Below, in pieces: positions 48,396-51,311 of a stretch of 51,311 nt of DNA; the stretch's first letter is position 1, and each line of letters opens with the position of its first letter. The DNA lies in the NCBI GenBank assembly GCA_017625505.1, contig JAGAKV010000059.1, forward strand, positions 1 to 51,311, given 5' to 3'. This DNA comes from Clostridia bacterium. GTDB taxonomy: Bacteria > Bacillota > Clostridia > Christensenellales > UBA1242. The notes under the pieces are model-generated. The model searched no databases. It had not been told where the DNA came from and saw nothing but the letters and a program-made list of their open reading frames with translations. Both the position numbers and the translations under genes were made by a program.

Positions 48396-49565
48396 ATGGA
48401 AAAAATTAAAATGGTTCAGTACGGCTGCGGAAAAATGAGCAGATGGACAATCCGCTACGCACTGGAAAAAGGCGTTAAACTTGTAGGCGCTTTCGACATC
48501 AATGAAGACATCATCGGTAAGGACGCTTCAGTTGTTGCTGATGAGCTTACCGAAGAAATCGGCGTAAAAATCAAACATGCTGATGAGTTTGAAAAGTTTT
48601 TGCAAGAAAACGAGGTTGATATTGTTGTCGTAACAACAACTTCTCTCTTCAGCGAAAACTACCCTATCTATGAAATCTGTGCTAGAAATGGCGTGAACGC
48701 AATTTCTACTTGCGAAGAGGCTTTCTATGCTCAAAACTCAAACCCAGCACTTGCTGCAAAACTTGATGAAATGGCAAAAGAAACAGGCTGCACAATCTGC
48801 GGAAGCGGCTATCAAGACGTTTTCTGGGGCAACCTTATTTCTGTTCTTGGCGGCGCAACTCACAAAATCAAAACAATCAGAGGAAAGTCAAGTTACAACG
48901 TTGAAGACTATGGCATTTCACTTGCCAAAGTACACGGCGCTGGACTTAGCGTTGAACAGTTCCAAAAAGAAATCGCTTCAGTTGACGAAATTTCTGACGA
49001 AGAAAGACAAAAGCTTATCAATGAAGGAAATTACGCCCCAAGTTATATGTGGAATGTAAACGGCTGGCTTTGTTCTAAACTTGGTCTCCACGTAAAGAGC
49101 CAAACTCAAAAGACTATCCCTCATATCGCTAAAGAGGACCTTGAAAGCACAACGCTTGGCATAACAATCAAGAAAGGCGACTGCACAGGTATGAGCGCTG
49201 TTGTTACAACCGAAACTGAAGAAGGCACAACTATCATTTCTGAGTGTATCGGAAAGGTTTATGCTGCCGATGAATTCGACTGCAACGACTGGACACTTGA
49301 AGGCGAGCCTACAACAAGGGTTGTCATTGAAAGACCTGCAACTCCAGAACTTACTTGCGCTACTGTTATTAACAGAATCATTGACGTTCTTGTTGCAGAA
49401 CCTGGATATACAACAACTGACAAAATGCCAGAAAACATTTATAAAGCACACAATCTTGACCAGTATATCGAATTTGTTGACTGTTGCTGCGGCGAAGATG
49501 ACTGCCACTGTCACGAAGAAGGACATGAGTGCCACTGCGGCGACCATTGTCACTGCGAAGACTAA
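48396..49565 (+). CDS. NAD(P)-dependent amine dehydrogenase family protein (2,4-diaminopentanoate dehydrogenase/DapB-like) with Cys/His-rich tail
   Basis: Rossmann QYGCGKM, GVNAISTCEE, TCATVINRI; substrate not determinable from sequence. Confidence 0.7.
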   Translation: MEKIKMVQYGCGKMSRWTIRYALEKGVKLVGAFDINEDIIGKDASVVADELTEEIGVKIKHADEFEKFLQENEVDIVVVTTTSLFSENYPIYEICARNGVNAISTCEEAFYAQNSNPALAAKLDEMAKETGCTICGSGYQDVFWGNLISVLGGATHKIKTIRGKSSYNVEDYGISLAKVHGAGLSVEQFQKEIASVDEISDEERQKLINEGNYAPSYMWNVNGWLCSKLGLHVKSQTQKTIPHIAKEDLESTTLGITIKKGDCTGMSAVVTTETEEGTTIISECIGKVYAADEFDCNDWTLEGEPTTRVVIERPATPELTCATVINRIIDVLVAEPGYTTTDKMPENIYKAHNLDQYIEFVDCCCGEDDCHCHEEGHECHCGDHCHCED

Positions 49566-49571
49566 AAAACT

Positions 49572-49602
49572 TAAGCTCCCAAACTCATAGGGGGCTTATT
49601 TT
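49572..49602 (+). terminator. Intrinsic terminator
   Basis: TAAGCTCCC...GGGGGCTTA-TTTT. Confidence 0.65.
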
Positions 49603-49734
49603 AAGGGCATAGACGAAGCTATTTGCAAAGTTCTTGCAAAATATCACCATCCCACAACCTGTTAACCATGATGCAGCAAAATTGACACTGCAATAAGACA
49701 AATACAAACCAATTTATCAAAAGGAGCAACACAT

Positions 49735-50367
49735 ATGAAAAAAGGAATTTTTATCACATTTGAAGGAGGCGAAGCATGTGGAAAATCTACACAAGTAAAG
49801 CTTCTAAAAGAATATATTGAAAGTTTGCCAAACAAGGATGATTTCATCTTCGTGCGAGAACCGGGCGGAACAAAAATCGGCGAAGAAATTCGCAATCTCC
49901 TTTTAAACTATAAGGAAGATGCACCACTGCCAATGACAGAACTTCTGCTTTTCTGTGCTACAAGACATCAAATTTCTGAAAATGTCATAAAACCAGCTCT
50001 CAAAGAAGGCAAGATTGTCATAGCAGACAGGTTTTATGATTCAACTGTTGCATACCAAGGCTTTGCACGAGAAATTATGAGCGCGAATGAGATTTTAAAT
50101 CTCACCAAACTTGCAATTGGCGACCTAAAGCCAGATAAAACATTCTACTTCAAACTTTCTCCACATGAGGCATTTAAACGCAAAGCAAACTGCCCTCCAC
50201 TTGACCGCATGGAACTGGAAGGCATGGAATTTCACCAGCGTGTTGCCCAAGGCTATGACTATATGGCAAACCTTGAACCTGAAAGATTTTGCATAGTTGA
50301 TGCATCCAAGTCAATTGAAGAAATCGCCGAAGAAATCAAACATGAGTTTAATACACTTGTAATGTAA
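49735..50367 (+). CDS. tmk: Thymidylate kinase
   Basis: FITFEGGEACGKSTQ, REPGGT, DRFYDSTVAYQG, DRME. Confidence 0.96.
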   Translation: MKKGIFITFEGGEACGKSTQVKLLKEYIESLPNKDDFIFVREPGGTKIGEEIRNLLLNYKEDAPLPMTELLLFCATRHQISENVIKPALKEGKIVIADRFYDSTVAYQGFAREIMSANEILNLTKLAIGDLKPDKTFYFKLSPHEAFKRKANCPPLDRMELEGMEFHQRVAQGYDYMANLEPERFCIVDASKSIEEIAEEIKHEFNTLVM

Positions 50368-50382
50368 AGCAAACTAATAAAT

Positions 50383-50413
50383 AAAAAAAGCAGAAAAAAT
50401 ATTCTGCTTTTTT
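50383..50413. terminator. Bidirectional terminator
   Basis: AAAAAAAGCAGAA...TTCTGCTTTTTT. Confidence 0.8.
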
Positions 50414-50417
50414 CTGT

Positions 50418-51311
50418 TTAGCCCGCTTTTTTCAACGTTAGATATCCATATTTCCCAGTTGCAGGATTCATTCCCGCATAGGCATAAGTTGCTCCAATAT
50501 CTTTGCCGTTTTCATTCCAGTTTAAAAGAGACGGACAATTGAGAAACATTTTTTCACTATTTGTCAGCGAATCCGTACTCCAGTCTTTACCAACATAAAT
50601 GGTAGTTAGTGATTCACATGAAGTAAACATACATGCCATATTTTTAACTTTCGATGTATCAAAAGATGAAATATCTATAACTTCCGTTGCCTGACAAACA
50701 ACAAACATATATGACATGTCGGTCACTTGTGAAGTATCGAAATGAGACAGATCCAAATATTTTATTTGCGTATTGTGAAACATTGCCATCATTGTTGTCA
50801 CTTTTGACGTATTGAAGTTGTCAATATTAAGCTCTTCCAATCGTGAGCAATATTGAAACATAGCATACATATTTATTGCGCTCTTTGTATCAAAAGATGA
50901 CAAATCTAAACTTGTTAATTTTTGACAGTTATAAAACATTTCACCAAACGATGTAACGTTTTCAACATTAAACGAAGATAAATTTAGAGACGTCAGCCCG
51001 CTACAATTAAAAAACATCGCTGACATAGCTTTCACATTTTTAGTATCAAACGACCTTAAATCAAGAGATGTTAACCCTCTGCATGCCCGAAACATACGTG
51101 ACATATTGGTCACCCCGTGTGTATTAAAAGCGCTTACATCTAATTCTTCAAGCTCAGAACATCCTTGAAACATGCTTTGTGCATCAACAACAACAGATGT
51201 ATCAATGTTGTTGAAAACTATTTTTGTCAATATCGATAACTTATCCTCATTGTCAGTTGCTCCCCATAGTATGTTATTGGCGAAAAAAGATTGACTATCT
51301 CGAGGCATGGT
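50418..51311 (-). CDS. BspA-family / DUF285 LRR surface protein, 3' part (5' end outside window)
   Basis: 26-aa LRR repeats; C-terminus TYAYAG...TGKYGYLTLK as in 34309-35715; frame open to the window edge. Confidence 0.9.
   Translation of the reverse strand, partial: TMPRDSQSFFANNILWGATDNEDKLSILTKIVFNNIDTSVVVDAQSMFQGCSELEELDVSAFNTHGVTNMSRMFRACRGLTSLDLRSFDTKNVKAMSAMFFNCSGLTSLNLSSFNVENVTSFGEMFYNCQKLTSLDLSSFDTKSAINMYAMFQYCSRLEELNIDNFNTSKVTTMMAMFHNTQIKYLDLSHFDTSQVTDMSYMFVVCQATEVIDISSFDTSKVKNMACMFTSCESLTTIYVGKDWSTDSLTNSEKMFLNCPSLLNWNENGKDIGATYAYAGMNPATGKYGYLTLKKAG

Overview
Chromosomal segment of a low-GC Bacillota bacterium, probably a Clostridia-like gut lineage (inferred from sigH, mrnC, helD, GtrA, DUF285 proteins and strong SigA promoters), using the standard genetic code. 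The housekeeping backbone is tRNA-Ser(CGA), rpmG-secE-nusG-rplK-rplA, secA, ychF-mrnC-rlmB-sigH-metG, tRNA-fMet, gyrB-gyrA-helD, hisS, uvrC and tmk. Accessory items sit among these: a 2869-aa Ig-like surface protein divergent from a GT2-TPR glycosyltransferase, and a 2222-aa orphan with a hydrophobic hairpin and six ~40-55-aa repeats divergent from secA. There is also an ABC exporter behind an unannotated 25-aa leader ORF and terminator, decaying ~100-bp repeats of the tRNA-fMet 3' end, an orphan KwaA-like protein, an orphan HicB-like protein, two DUF285/BspA paralogs, and a DnaA-box cluster with no dnaA. The best candidate for an undescribed system is a three-gene orphan operon (44940-46344) whose genes share a C-terminal acidic tail plus stop/RBS DNA module, possibly linked to the acidic-tailed 2222-aa protein. 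No transposase, integrase, prophage or CRISPR array was seen. All family calls come from motif recognition, not database searches.
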